In this document: one piece after another, positions 25,350-38,378 of the stretch
Numbering within the stretch: position 1 is the stretch's first letter
Layout: each line of letters starts with the position of its first letter
Assembly (NCBI GenBank): GCA_002633005.1
Contig: NMRA01000031.1
Location: 963,004-1,027,003, forward strand
From: Phoronis australis
Taxonomy: Eukaryota > Animalia > Phoronida
Reading direction: 5' to 3'
Length of the DNA stretch: 64,000 nucleotides
Notes under the pieces: generated by a model
The model's database searches: none
Seen by the model: the letters and a program-made list of their open reading frames with translations, nothing else
Told to the model about the DNA's origin: nothing
Made by a program: the position numbers and the translations under genes

Positions 25350-28300
25350 CTGCAAATACACTCTTGATGCGTACAAAATTGTATTCACTGTCCAATGTCC
25401 GTGAACATGTAAGAGTTGAAATGGTTCTCAACTTCGTTTTATTTTGCATTAATCAGTTTCATGTTTTCACCAGAAAACTTTGACAAAGACCAAAAACCTG
25501 TCGGTAAAACTGTTTATAAATAAACTCTGAAAGAAAATCAAAAATGTTTTCATCCCTGCACTGTTAGTAGTGGACTGCCTTTTCTTAGCAACTCATGACC
25601 GCGGGAAGAGGCTCTGTTTTAACCTGTTAAACTAACACTAGACTTACTCAAATGTTTTCATTTTTGAAATAAAAAGTTTTAACAACATTTAATTAAGATT
25701 AAAATTCCGAAATTTCGATTATTTTTATAGGAGCGAGTTTCTCCCGTTTCGGCGGTTTTGGTTATGCGAATCAACACCGAAACGGGTCGGCTTTATGTGT
25801 GACCACTACTGCACATTCAGTTTTCAACAAAAACGAAATTAATAACTAACCATAACGATAAAGATGGTGGTAATTATTATGAGTGAGGTATAAACAATTA
25901 AACTGTACAAAGTCTCCTCTGCACTTCCCGAGAAGATGAAAACCCCACCCGAGACGATATTTGAGAGGGGGGAGTACTCACCCGAAACGAGATACTGCTT
26001 CACGTGGCTAACAAACTTTGTTTTATGGGAGAATCCCACCCTTCTTGAAAGGTACTATACACCACTGCCTTTAGTGATACCCTGGGAGTATGTTACTCTC
26101 AAATGATACCTGGAGTCAGCGCTTGCATTTGAAATTGACTTGAAAACATTGATCATATTTGTGATGTCAAAGAACTAAAGGTGGTCAACAGGTGGCGTGC
26201 AGACTTGAAATGTTTGCTAAAGTTAACAAAGTTGAGAATGATTTAGATACCTATTCCCCTGGTGTCTTCGTTGAGATCCGCGGAATCGCCAAGTAGTTCG
26301 TCCTTATGTTTGGCTGTGGAAGGAAACAATGAAGATATTGGCGAAGTGTTTGTTGTAAAAACTCATTTCAGCGTTACAAAAAGGCACTATTATCTTTTGT
26401 TGTGTCTCCCTGTAAGTAATTGAAANCCCACGCTCTGCACTAAACGCTACTCTTGTTTCTACTGCATAATTGGAAAACATATCTGTGATCATATCGTCGC
26501 TCTACCGTTGGGTTGCAGACAAATCGTTAAGTGCGGACATGTGTTTGTGCAACACAAAGCTGATCAGGTTATCCTCCTGTATAATGTCGTGGAACGAACT
26601 CAATTGAAATAAAGTAACCTAGTCGAAATATCGGGGAATTAATAGTTGAATTTGTTTTTACTAATAAACGGTTTTATACTAACCGAGTAAGCCCACGTAC
26701 TTGTATCACCGTCGTACGGCTTGAAAATTTGTTTCAAGAGACCAATATACATTTTCTGCAGTTCGTGACCATTTTTATGTGAATAATGTTATTTTCATTA
26801 GTTTGCCAAAAAAATTATTTAAAGGAGCATATTTCCGACAATGTAATTGTTCTTCAACAATCTAATTTTGTTACGTTAGAGACATTTTTAAATCATATTA
26901 ACTGTGTTCATTAGGTTTTGTAAATTCGTCGTAACGTTGACCTGGCAAACTGGTAACATCGCTTTTGAGCGCTTACTATATAAGACTTGACCATCCAATA
27001 TCGCTAACTATATAAGGCTTGACCATCCAATCTTGCTTTCTATGTAAGGCTTGACCGTCCAATCTCACTTAGGCTATATAAGTCTTGGCCATCCAATCTC
27101 GGACTGCGGATGGGAAAGACGTGCTTTCAGATGGGAAAGTCAGACTCTAAAGTACGATGAATGGGCGAAAAATACCGTAAAACGTAATGATTGTAATGAT
27201 GAGGCTGAACCACTTCTTTCAGTTTTCCAACCAATAGGGAGTGTAAGTATCTTCGTGATCATAACATTTGCATCGCAAGGGGGCGCCATCCGTCGCATCG
27301 AAAATTAGTTTGGCGTCACACTGAATTACACCTAAACGAAAAACTTGCGAATTAAACTTGCGACAAGTATGATGTATAGTCAACATGAAAAGTTGATATT
27401 CATTGCAAAAGTGAGTTTTAATGATCTGTTAATCTTTACCGTTCGCAAGCCAAAGTTGTACGATTATCTTACTGAAGCGCAGTCAGATATTTCCACATCT
27501 GGTATGTTCAAATGAAAAGGCACAATTCTTGGAATATTGTGCATCAAAAACAATGCTACGTTGCTGTTTCTGCCTTTGATAACTACGCCAACTTCCCTTT
27601 TGCACATATTGTCTCTTAGTTTGTCGAGCTATTTTTGACAATATGATGTTTGGCAGGACGAGGCGAGCCGATCGATTCGTCGACTAGACGGTCTCGTCAC
27701 CTGGTGGTGACTGGATTCGCTGATTAATCAAGGAATGTGCTACACTCACAACCCCGCCCCCAAAAAGACTAGTGTGAACTGGTTTGAAATATACTTACGT
27801 CTCTCTTCCCATTCATTAGGTGCGAGGCTCCTTTACGCAAGACACTGAAATCGGGACAAAATAGGCTCTAGTACTGGTCGTGACCGTTTCAGTCTTGCTA
27901 GACGAAAAAATAAACGATACTCTCCGCTTCGCTTTAGTGACAACTTTATATAACCTGGTAAATCTCACCAACTGCCAAATTGCACTGTTTTCTTTTTTCT
28001 TAAATACTTCTAGCGCTCCGGCGAATGCACACAATATTTTTCAATAAATTGTCTGTAATGGTAAGGATGTGGTAAAGCAGCATTTTGGTACTATGACTAT
28101 CATTCGTGAAAAAATGAGAAATAGAAACTTCAAGTGGGGACGGTGGCATAAGCTGGAAACGGAAAAATATACGTTTTCAAAATAGGACTATTTTAGAGTC
28201 TTCAATTTACCATAAAATTGATGTTTCTAGTTATTATCTGGCAGACATCGGGCAGATGTCTCACAACTTTGTGCGTCCAATGGACGCGGTTGTACTGTGA

Positions 28301-29258
28301 ACTTTTATCCCGTCTGCGCCATTATCGCAAAAACGGACTAGAATTTGAATACTAGAAATAGTGTTAAATGGTATGATATTTACAATGGGACTCCGAGAAT
28401 GACTTGAAAGTCGCTGACCTCAACGTAAAGGCCGAACGAAACAAATTTTAGAACTAAATCAATTTTGATGGAAATAGCTAGGTTAGATAATCTCCAAACG
28501 AAGATATTACATACTTGTGAAATATTATTAGGAAAACTTTGTTGGTATTCGTTCGATGATTGTCTAAATACATGTTTTTCACAATCATTATAGTAATGGA
28601 GATGCTCGTGTGCTACTTGCACGAATTCGCGCATGCTCATTCAATGCGAAGTTAGTCCATTTCCGTGTGACGTTGTCATGTACATATATAAATTATAACG
28701 TCGAACGGAAAATGACGAATATTGTGAATGAGCGTGATTATTCTTGAAAATAACAATAATTGTTTTACAGCCCAGGGATATTCCTGACCAGGTTTGAACC
28801 TGTGCCCTTTGGGCGCACCTGATGATAAAAAGTGTGCCTTTTTCAATAAGTTGTGCCCACTAGGCATAGTCTAATAAAAGTGGTAACATATGAAACAGAA
28901 ACTCCAAGGGCAATCAAAATAAGAACACAGTCATGTTTTACCCTACTAAGTTGACTAGAATCTTGCATTTTTGGAAGAGTGTTGCGTTTTAAAAGATGCG
29001 CCTGGGGAGCGCACTGCTGTGGTGTACTTGTGCCTTTTTATTTTTTGATGCACTAATGGCGCAAAAGCGCAGTCCAGGAATGTCCCTTGCAGTGCCACCA
29101 ACGTATGCATGTAGAACTTACTAGTTGACTGCCTTGCTTTTAGCCCAATTAACCACGCGTCTCCACACCCTTCTCACGCGAAAAAACCAAGCGTCGTTCT
29201 CCACCACTACACTCAACAGCAGGGCGAGTACCAGCAAGGTGACGACAGTCTTATTCAT
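25282..29258 (-). CDS. Secreted cationic (antimicrobial-like) peptide precursor; complement join(29258-29122,27844-27799,[phase-bridging step uncertain],26313-26251,25349-25282)
   Basis: Signal MNKTVVTLLVLALLLSVVVENDA, then WFFRVRRVWRRVVNWAKSKAVNYVLRKGASHLMN, then GKR, then acidic tail ...DELLGDSADLNEDTRGIEDEFDDDMAWELAKYLKEEKVY*. Canonical splice sites, with a TATA box and a non-coding first exon upstream. Confidence 0.8.
26251..26313 (-). CDS. Peptide precursor acidic propiece exon (KHKDELLGDSADLNEDTRGI)
   Basis: tttccttccacag acceptor, G|gtatct donor, phase 1-1; the link to the upstream phase-0 donor is unresolved. Confidence 0.6.
   Translation of the reverse strand, partial: PNIRTNYLAIPRISTKTPGE
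26976..27100. repeat. Minisatellite, about 4 degenerate copies of ctatataaggcttgaccatccaatct (unit about 32-34 bp)
   Basis: Visible tandem periodicity. Confidence 0.8.
27799..27844 (-). CDS. Peptide precursor coding exon 2: (Y)VLRKGASHLMN-GKR-D
   Basis: atttcag acceptor, gtaagt donor; only the phase-2 frame is open, and it matches the upstream exon. Confidence 0.85.
28773..29089. mobile_element. hAT-like MITE in the peptide-gene intron
   Basis: Imperfect TIR CAGGGATATTCCTG / CAGGAATGTCCCTTG; no clean TSD. Confidence 0.55.
29122..29258 (-). CDS. Peptide precursor coding exon 1: signal peptide and first 22 residues of the mature peptide
   Basis: tttgcag acceptor (exon starts 29268), aagATG, ends TA|gtaagt in phase 2. 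Confidence 0.85.
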
Positions 29259-29982
29259 CTTGATTCAGCTGCAAATAGCCAGCAGACAATGACGACGATG
29301 AACGTGATGATGACGATTATAATGAATAATGAGTAGTGTAGTAACGGGATACAATATAATAGTTATGAAAGAATAACAATGATGAACATTCGGGGACGGT
29401 TTATGAGCGTGATTGTGATATTCGTCTTCTATGGGGTGGTATCTTTACCATCAATAAAATATGATCCTTAGAACCATCTCCTCACGTGGCGTTGTTTTGA
29501 AAGTGTTGGAATGCATGCGAATTCTTTTTGCTCACATGGGTTGTTTGTTCTTTTATTATTGTTTCGTGTGGGACATGTTGCTTGTCAATAACGGCAATAA
29601 AACAATACGTCATTTCAGCCCAACGAGTGCATTATTCTAAAACTCTCGACAAATAAGAAAATTTAGACAGTTTGAAGATGTCAGTTGTTTTACTTTCACC
29701 GATTAAGAGCATCATACAGAAATCGAAGGTAAGTATGTGACTAAATTATATAAAACACAGCTCTTTATTGTGTTGCGTTTTTTTTCACCGAGTTTTTGAA
29801 CGTTCCTAAAAGGAGAGTTCAATGTTATTCAGCTGTGGCAGCCATATTGTTAGTGCTGCATAAAACAGTCGTCTGCTCAGAACTCCAAGCAGTAAGCGCG
29901 TAAACTAGTTAAACAACTAAATATTTTTTTACTTAAAGCGCCAAAGTTGAAATAATTGAATAAATCTTACACAAATACCTAC

Positions 29983-30064
29983 CGTGTCCTCCAGAAGATC
30001 CTATGAACAACCAAAGATCTTCGTTAGATGACGACCCGACTGTAACCCACGTGCAGTTTTTATA
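29983..30064 (-). promoter_or_regulatory. TATA box and non-coding first exon of the peptide gene
   Basis: TATAAAAA on - at 30064-30057, Inr-like TCGTCATCT about 30-35 nt downstream, ACG|gtaggt donor after 29983. Confidence 0.6.
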
Positions 30065-33000
30065 GAGTTCATGGCGATCGTTCGTGTGGGAAGAAGGTCC
30101 GGGAGCGCACGACTTCTTATATTAAAGTCGTGCTGACATCAAGGGTAGTTGCAAAGAAGACAAAACATTTTACAATTTTTTATGCTCGTGACATGGCAAG
30201 TGAAAAAAGACAAACTGATTGATTTCATACAAAACATCTTTGCAATAAAAAATGAATGAAAAAAGTCGCCGATAGCAATCACGAAACACTAATTTTTTAC
30301 CAGGCAAGTTAGTGCGTTTTAGCATGGGAACCAATAAAAATGACGTCACTACCAATAATATCTGCCGTGAGGTAATCTAAACTGTTTTGTGGAACGCAGA
30401 ATTTCAGCCATCACAACTACACATACAAACGAAATTTTTACAATAATATAACGATTACCTCTACACACGTTCGTTACGGCTTTAGTGCAGCCTCGGCTTG
30501 TAACCCATAAATCCACATGTTTTTTTTTACCTACAGAAATCACCATTTTCATTAGACATCCCCCTATTGTGCGTGTTGACGTTTTATGGAGTGACGATTC
30601 TGAATAAAACATATCAAATACCAACACAATAGACGAGATTGCATCATACAACAGTTGTCTTTATAGAGTATATCTATGTGCATGCTCTCCTGCCCACTAT
30701 GCATCGTGTTTTTTTTATATTTCAATAAGTCTAACTTCATAAATGCAGAGCCCTGTTTTCTGAAAAGGCCATGCAATACATTCGTACCGCTCTCACACAC
30801 ACCTCGTGACCTTAATCAAGTATAGTTAGCAGCACTAGGGGCCCTAACAGATTTGGAATTAGCGTGAGCATGTATTCTATTCCACAAGAATTTATATGTT
30901 AACTTTTTGAATTATGCATTCAAATGCAATCGCAAAATACTGCTTCCATTCAATTTCTCATTTTCAACAAATGACCAAGAATTATTTCTTTGTTTTGCAT
31001 CGCGCTTGTTTGTTGTGATGCGTGTGAGCTTCTGGTAGACTTCGTTACATTTTCTAGTCGTGATCAACAAACAATCAAATTATACCCCTTTGAGGCATAC
31101 TTCACGTTTTTAAAGAAATAATTTACAATAAAGATATTAAGACTCGCTTCCTTGATGTTTGGCTCTTCAAGGTTTTTTTTTTGTTTTGTTATCGGTCTGA
31201 GTAATTGAAGTGGTGTTGAGGGTTATATCTAAAACGGATCCTATCGAATAACAACATAATAACAACATGATCGTGTCTTGAAGTAAACATCAAGAAAGGC
31301 TTAGCAGAAGTTTTTTTAATACTTCTAAAATCATTTGATTAGACCTTTCTGCCAAATATGATTGGACGAGGTGTCGTGACCAGGAAGTAACTTAAATACT
31401 TACATTTATGAATTAATATCTTGGCGAAACTGCCAGTACAGACAAGTTATATTTCAGGTTTAGGCGACCAAGATCAAATTCTCTGCCTTTCACCAATCTG
31501 TTGTTTTTAATAGATAACATTTCACTAACATAATGTATGACTACGCATATTAATCGTCACCATTTCCTGAGGTGGGAGGCTAAAGCACTGGCGTGTCTAC
31601 AAACTTGAAAACACAGGTGTATCTGTAATGTAGCGTTCTTACGGTGGTCGGGGGCTGTTGCAACTATCGGAAAGGAAATTTTCAGTGTAAACCCTAAAAC
31701 GGCGTGGTGACGGCGCTTTTCTGATCAGGGGTTGATGAAATCAACATTTTTTGTTAAATTTTAAACATTGAATCAAGTAGGAGTTGTATCAATGAAATAC
31801 GAACATTCTAAATTAGATCTACTTTTCCATCGAAAGCGACCCCAAACTACCCCAAACTAATATAAATAGGAATTTGTCGTTTCCGTGATGTACGTCCTTT
31901 ATTCGGAGGCAGTCATTCACAACCACAGAAAAATAGACGAGGAAGTGGAGTAAATTGGAAAGCGTCCCATGTCTTTCTTTCGTTGCCTTTGAAATTACTT
32001 ACTCTTTATGCGACTTCAGCGAGAACGTGACGTCGGTTGTCCCCCGCTGCTCTCCGCCGACGTGGGTAGACACAATGCCTACCTTGGCATTTAACGTCAA
32101 TATAATGCGTCTGGCTATAGTCAGGCCAATTTTCATTTTGAACAGAATTTCCGACAATTGGCATTTATTTTGCCATAGTGAAAGTGAACATTGGTTTGAA
32201 AGAAGACGTCGTCACACATAGTATTGACAATAGGAATGATATTGCTAACAACACTAATACTGCTGGTCCCGCGACTGTTAGTCTGGCACTTCATAGTTGT
32301 TTTGTACGGATGAGTATATACAATACAAGACATTACTGTCCAGAAAATGAATACTGATTATTTCAGGGTAACAAGTATTCCTTTCATCAATAAGTTATTT
32401 AGATGAAGCAATTAATAACCGTATACATAATTACACAAATAAATATAAAAGGAAGTATAGTTGCTCCTGGTATATACTGCCCCTACTCATTCCGAGATCT
32501 GCACTCATCACCTAAAAAACTCCCGCCCGCATCAATTTCAGCAGAGGTCTCGTGTTTTTTAAAAAGTTGCGCAAAGGCACTTAAGCTTAGGCCATGATTT
32601 GTCAAGCTATGAAAATCCCGCACCATTGCGCTCGGTTCAGGTGGATTTTTGAAGAAAAACCCCTCTAACAGAGGCCGCCGCCATTATTGTGTCACGGACC
32701 GTGGCGACACCTAGCGGGAGTGTGTGCCCAGACGAAGTACGCAAGGCGTTGACTACGGCCGATTTTAGTTTGTCAAATTCAAAATTGTGAAGTGTCTTTG
32801 TTTAAAATATTGAAAACAAAAAACCATGAGGTAGTGCAATGGAAAATACTCATAGGCAAAATATAAAGTATATCAAGAAAAAAATTTGGCAGTAAAGGTA
32901 ATAGATATTGCGATAAAAATACATCATAAGGAAGAGTGTGACTTAGTAATCAGAGGTAAACACGTGAAAATAGATGATTGGAGGGTGAGCAGGTACAGAA

Positions 33001-33403
33001 CCTGTAGGATTTTGTACAGGGGGGTCAGGGAAGTAACCAACATGATATAGATCTGCTGAAGAAGAGATAGAAGCAAAAACGGGGGGCACCCTCAAAGGTT
33101 CAGTGGAGACGGAGATAGCTTTCTTTCCCCAGTATTCCAGGTGTTGATATCAATTAACGGATAAATATTAAAACTTTCAGCGCACAAACATTGTTTTAAA
33201 TTGTAATTGAAAAATTAACAGACTCTCATCCCCCAACCGTCAAATGTCTACTACGACAATGTCCAAAAACTGCGCTCTTACCCCATCCAAACACGGGTCT
33301 AGAACTTTGTTTTGAAAATTCATACCTTATTACATTATACATTCAAGCAGGGGGTCCTGTGCCTAGTTACATAAAACAGCCCCAAATATCGGCTTAACAC
33401 TCA

Positions 33404-33560
33404 ACAGGGGCAGGTCTAGGATTTTTCTAAAGGGGGGTCGGATTAAAGACTTTTTAAGAAAGGTGACTCAAGTCAACAATTAGAAAATTCTAGTTATGGC
33501 ATCACTAAAATTGAGGGAAAATAGGAGGGACGAATCACTTCGACAAAGAATCCTCCTGTG
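33404..33560. mobile_element. Dispersed MITE (CAGGGGC...GGAT family); inverted relatives at about 46670-46843 and 50741-50893
   Basis: Shared core caagtcaacaatt.gaaaattc.ag...atcactaaaat. Confidence 0.6.
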
Positions 33561-34949
33561 CTCAACAGTGGTGCTTAAAACTTTTGCGTATTTTTTCCGT
33601 CTCTGCTTCGAACTTATAACTCGATGTTACCTAGCGCCATCTATTGACCATAACCACACATAACGAAACTGACAAGTTTGAAGCGACTATAAATTCGACT
33701 TTCGTGAAACAATAAATTTTGCTTCAGAATTACCGCTACAAATATGGTCTTCACATGTTCCTTGCTCAAGTTACAGACGATTCCCGGACTCGGTTATACA
33801 TTGCTCTAGATCACACTCTTTTAAATTGGTTTGTCCTGACGGAGTACGTGTCATTTTATGTGCTGATCGTGGTTTGACGAAGTATGCATCACTTGATGTG
33901 CTGATGGCGGTCTGAAGCACTCCGGAACTACCAGAAACCATTCCTGGAATGAGTAAGGAGCAGGTTGAGACCAATATTTCACACCAGAATGTGTTCTAAA
34001 TCAAAAGATATTTTGATGGCTATAACTGTAGCTGCTTTGACAATTCTTGCCGGAATTCCCGGGAAGGCGCACACCCAGCCTAAAAATGTGTGGCTCGAAT
34101 TCAGGGAATGTGGGCCTTTTACTAAGGGTACACGGGTTACGTTCAGAGCTATGAATTGTGCATTCGCCGAATTTTGATAGTTCTTGCCTTTTTAAGGGGC
34201 TTTTGTCTTGTTTTCTCACTTTTCGGAGTTTTTGTTTCTCTGAGGCGGATATTTTTGTCCATTTCGCCCTGAGCCCCCCCTCCCCACTAGGTGCGCGCAT
34301 GCCCGCGATAAACATGGTATCAAAAAAAAGCTTTGTACATGCATCGGTAATGACAACAAAATTGGCGGGAAAATATTGAAACATAAAATTTTGCCGAAAT
34401 CGGTGTAGATGAAAACAGTAATCACCGCTATTCTACTGAATTCCAAGACCGTTCGACCGGTCACAAGGGAGACTGGGTCGCTTCTCGTGACGTGACGGGA
34501 TTCATCGTTATCTGACAGGATTTTTATTTTCGCAGTCTGACAACAGTGTTGCAGCATAAACAAGGATGAAAAGTAGACATTAATGCTCAGGCTGTGCAGT
34601 TTGTTTTGTTTGGTATTGTTTGGGCGGATGGGTTGGGCTCGTCTAGAGCCTCGGCACTTTTGGTTGTACCGTCACTATTGGAAAACCCGGCATTGTTTTC
34701 GTTCGAACTTTTATACAGCCCCAGAGGATTTTCATCAGTTTGAAAATAGAAAATGTAGAAACAGGAAAAACATTTTAAATCCGTCGTTTCAAAGCCCGAA
34801 GTACTGGAAGTGGAACTCGCAACATGTGCGCTGAGTTAATTGCCTCTTAGCGTTGTCTCTTGTTGCGTTTGCTTTAGCTACTGAATTTCGATCTTGACAA
34901 AAACGAAAATTTATTGCACAGAAAAGCTTTAATCAATAGAATTGCAAGG

Positions 34950-35220
34950 GGTCCCCCCTGAATGCGGCCAAAAAGTACAGCACCCTATGTGAATATAGAG
35001 GACCCCACCTGAAGGTGGCCAAAGAGTGGGGCTCCATATATTGATATAAAGAACCCCAAGTTTTGGCTGCCCAATGATAATATGGGAGCCTCGCTCTTTG
35101 GTCGTCTTCGGGCGGGGCTTCAATATTAAGATAGGAGGCCTCGCAATTCAGCTGCCTTCGGGCGGGGCTCTTATATTAATATAGGGGTCTCGCTCTTCGG
35201 TTTCTTCGGACTGGGCGGGG
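34950..35220. repeat. Degenerate tandem repeats (about 40-50 bp; ...cttcgggcggggct...atattaatatagg)
   Basis: Three or more similar units visible. Confidence 0.55.
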
Positions 35221-35563
35221 TGAATTTCGTTTTTACGTTATTTTCCAACCAAAGAAAATATTTTTTGAATCCGGGTTCAAAAAAATCTCTGTCGGTGTGT
35301 GGATCGAAATATCAATCAAGGTTGAAATACTTAGGCGAGTTTGTAGCACGAATATAAGGGTCTTCAAGGGCAAACTTGTGCTAGAAACTCATATACGTAA
35401 ACTATAATGTATTTGGGCACAGTCTAATAACCACTTATCTTGAGTTCGCACAAAAGTAGCGAGTTCGTTTTGAGTACAGAGATTAGAGTCGGGCCATGGT
35501 CAACAATCTTGCTCACTGTATTAAACCCAGATCACAACCCCTCACTCTGTCAAGTGGATTGGG

Positions 35564-35944
35564 CTCGCTGGTTCCCTACGTGCCTAGCCAGTACGCAGTT
35601 CTCACGCAGGGCACGTGCTCTAGCATTGGTTGATGTAACCTCAGCAGTCATTGGTTAGCTTAACAACATCGACAGTAGAAAGATGCACTCCGAAAAGGCG
35701 CAACCACAATTTCTAGGATTCACATTTCCTGAACATAAATTTTAAGCACCTATTTGTCTGCCCAACGACATTTACACTTCAGTCCATCAGTCATTCCACT
35801 TTGTTTGCGTAAAGCGCTCGCTGCCTGTTGAGAATTCGACTAGCCAATCAGAAGCGCCGGTGTAAAAAAAAATTCCCAAGGAAAATTAACTGATACCTGC
35901 GTGCTGGCTTCCGACCACCTAGCGGCACGCAGGGAACCAGCGAG
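35564..35944. mobile_element. 381-bp MITE with 10-bp TSD (Mutator-like by TSD length)
   Basis: TIR CTCGCTGGTTCCCTACGTGCC / GGCACGCAGGGAACCAGCGAG; GTGGATTGGG duplicated at 35554-35563 and 35945-35954. Confidence 0.9.
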
Positions 35945-37394
35945 GTGGATTGGGGTGAAGTGGAAGTTGCAGGTGATGTCAGATTTATAACAAAATCCCA
36001 GAAAACGGTCCAAAACGGTTGGATTAAATTGACATGTCTAGGATATACTTAGCTAAACACGTCTCAAACCGCTCCACACCATGACAAAAATGGATTTCCA
36101 TACTCTGGCGAACATACCATTAAGGGAGTCGGTAAGCACACTGTAGCAACGGTGTTAAATCGCCATCACTCCCAAAATTGGTCCGTCCGCTCCTCGTCAA
36201 TGGCAGTTAATCCTTTAATTCATTTTGACTGGGTAAGATACAATAGCTATCGTGACAAGGGAAAGTTTGAGACAAATTTGCGAAAGTTACTTTACTTTGA
36301 ATGCAATGTTTAAATCGTAAAAGAGGCTGGAAATCATCTTAACAAGCTACAGTCATTTTTCTGAAACACTGATCCACTGTGACGTGTCCATTCTGTCACT
36401 TCCGTTTTTAGCTAGTGCTGTTTCTTAAAACGTTTTTCTGTCATAGTAAGACAAAAAATCTTTACGACATATGGTATCAAAAAGTCAGCAATTTCCTATC
36501 GGTACTCAAAAAGTACATCTAAACATTATGTTCATTTAGGAAAAATATAGAAACAGAAAGTACATTTACTTTTTGGGGTAGTTTATGAAGTAAGACATAA
36601 CCTCTGTCATTAATACAGCTGTTGAATAATGCATCTTCTCAATCCATGCCCCCACTTTTAAGGTATGTCCTGAGACAACATCTGGTACTTTGAACCCACG
36701 CGAAACAACACCTGAAACAGCAAAATGCTCACCCAGCGACTTCACAGGCGGTAAATCTCAACCCCACGTGACTCATTGTAAATCCCAACCCGACGGCAAT
36801 CATTGTAAATCCGGCGCTGTACAACCCACTTAATGGGAATTTTTGTCTTTCGTTCTATTCGAAACATCCCTTTTGGATACAAGTGTAGAACTGACTGTTG
36901 TGCTAAAATGAAATTTTTAAGACATTTGTTTCGTGAAATGCCCTTTTTGATTAGAAATTAATCGCGTTATTTTGTTGTATGTCAATACAGAATAAGAAAG
37001 GCCATACTGTAGGTCTATTTGGAAAATTGAAGAATTACTACTACAGAACTGTGACCATGTTTGTCAGTAACCTTTTAGAAACACTCAATGATTGAAGCTT
37101 CGTTTCCGCGGGAACGGATGCGCTACGTTATATATAATTAACACTCTTGTACATGGCTTAATGTGATAATTTATTTCTCATACATCATAACTGGGTTCGT
37201 CATGTTAGGACGTAGGCTAATCCGTAGGGACCAATGGGAGTCTGAAGACTACGATACATAGGCCTACATATCAAGTTACGGTATACCACCTGTAGTGGTA
37301 TCATTCACACACTTGAATATATTATCTCACAAACACTTGAACACATTATTTCACAAAAACTTGAATATATTATTTCCCTTTCAGTTTTGTTTAA

Positions 37395-37659
37395 AGCTGC
37401 TGCATTTCTCCGTGTTCATTGGGCTAAAAATGAAAATGGAATTAAACCTTTTACTCTCATAAAATCGGTCTCAGAATGGTTCTTACCGTGATAGGATTCT
37501 ATTTCATTGAACGACAAGAACATGCTGGAAGCAAGAAAATGGTTCAGAGTTTATTGAGGATGGCCAACACGTTAAGGAATGTTATCATGCCGACCTTATG
37601 AGAGGAAAAGCATGATTCAATTTTCGTTTTTAGCCAGATAAACAGAGCAAAATACAGCT
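37395..37659. mobile_element. Kolobok-like non-autonomous element
   Basis: TTAA|AGCTG ... CAGCT|TTAA; internal segment similar to about 18300-18370. Confidence 0.65.
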
Positions 37660-38378
37660 TTAAGAACTGAAAAAGTATCGTGATCATGAAACGCATATCA
37701 GTCAAAAAAATCTTAAACGAAGGGGCATCAAACGTTTTAATATTTTTCAGAAAACAGATTGGATTTTACTGTTTTTCTCTCTAATATCAAGGGTTTAAAG
37801 GGATATTTCATGCCACCTTTTTTCAACTACTGCGTTAGTTTTAGAAAGGTATCTCACTTTAGAACCTGCGACAGGTAGATGTATGAGACTTGAAAAGAAA
37901 TAGTCGACCTAAGCCTTGACAGTCCAATCCAATCTAGCCTTTGAAGATCTTCTGAATATTTGCTGACACCACTGCTTACCTAGACACGGAGATTTGTTAA
38001 AAAGTGGTACGAAAACTTCTACACGATGCATGACAAAATCAAATAGAATAGTTGATAAAAAATACTCTAAGACCGAAGACCTACCAAACCCCTAAGATCT
38101 TCCAGGCCTACATCCGAGTCCAGGGTCTATTCTATGTACTCGAAACTCGACTCGAAAATAGGCCTAGCATACCATTGCGTATCCGGAGAAAACTTAAAAT
38201 TTTGTACATACATCGCTGTGCAGCGAGATTGGTCAAATTTCCTGTCCCAGATCTGGGATTAGATTCTGACATCAGGGTGCGTTGAGATGTCAAAGATGAC
38301 GTCACCATATGTACGGACTCCCTGCATGTAGAAGCAACATGTTTACGGTTGATCAATGTGCGGTACCAGTCCTGGCTT

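Noticed and set aside
26506-26577. Extra peptide-gene exon EDNLISFVLHKHMSALNDLSATQR
   Set aside because: The acceptor is plausible, but the donor is weak and phase 2, which leads to an immediate stop in the next exon; it does not resolve the phase gap.
34583-34834. Second cationic secreted peptide (MLRLCSLFCLVLFG...)
   Set aside because: Short hydrophobic core, no convincing TATA, splice structure, amidation site or acidic propiece, and it is flanked by repeat-like DNA.
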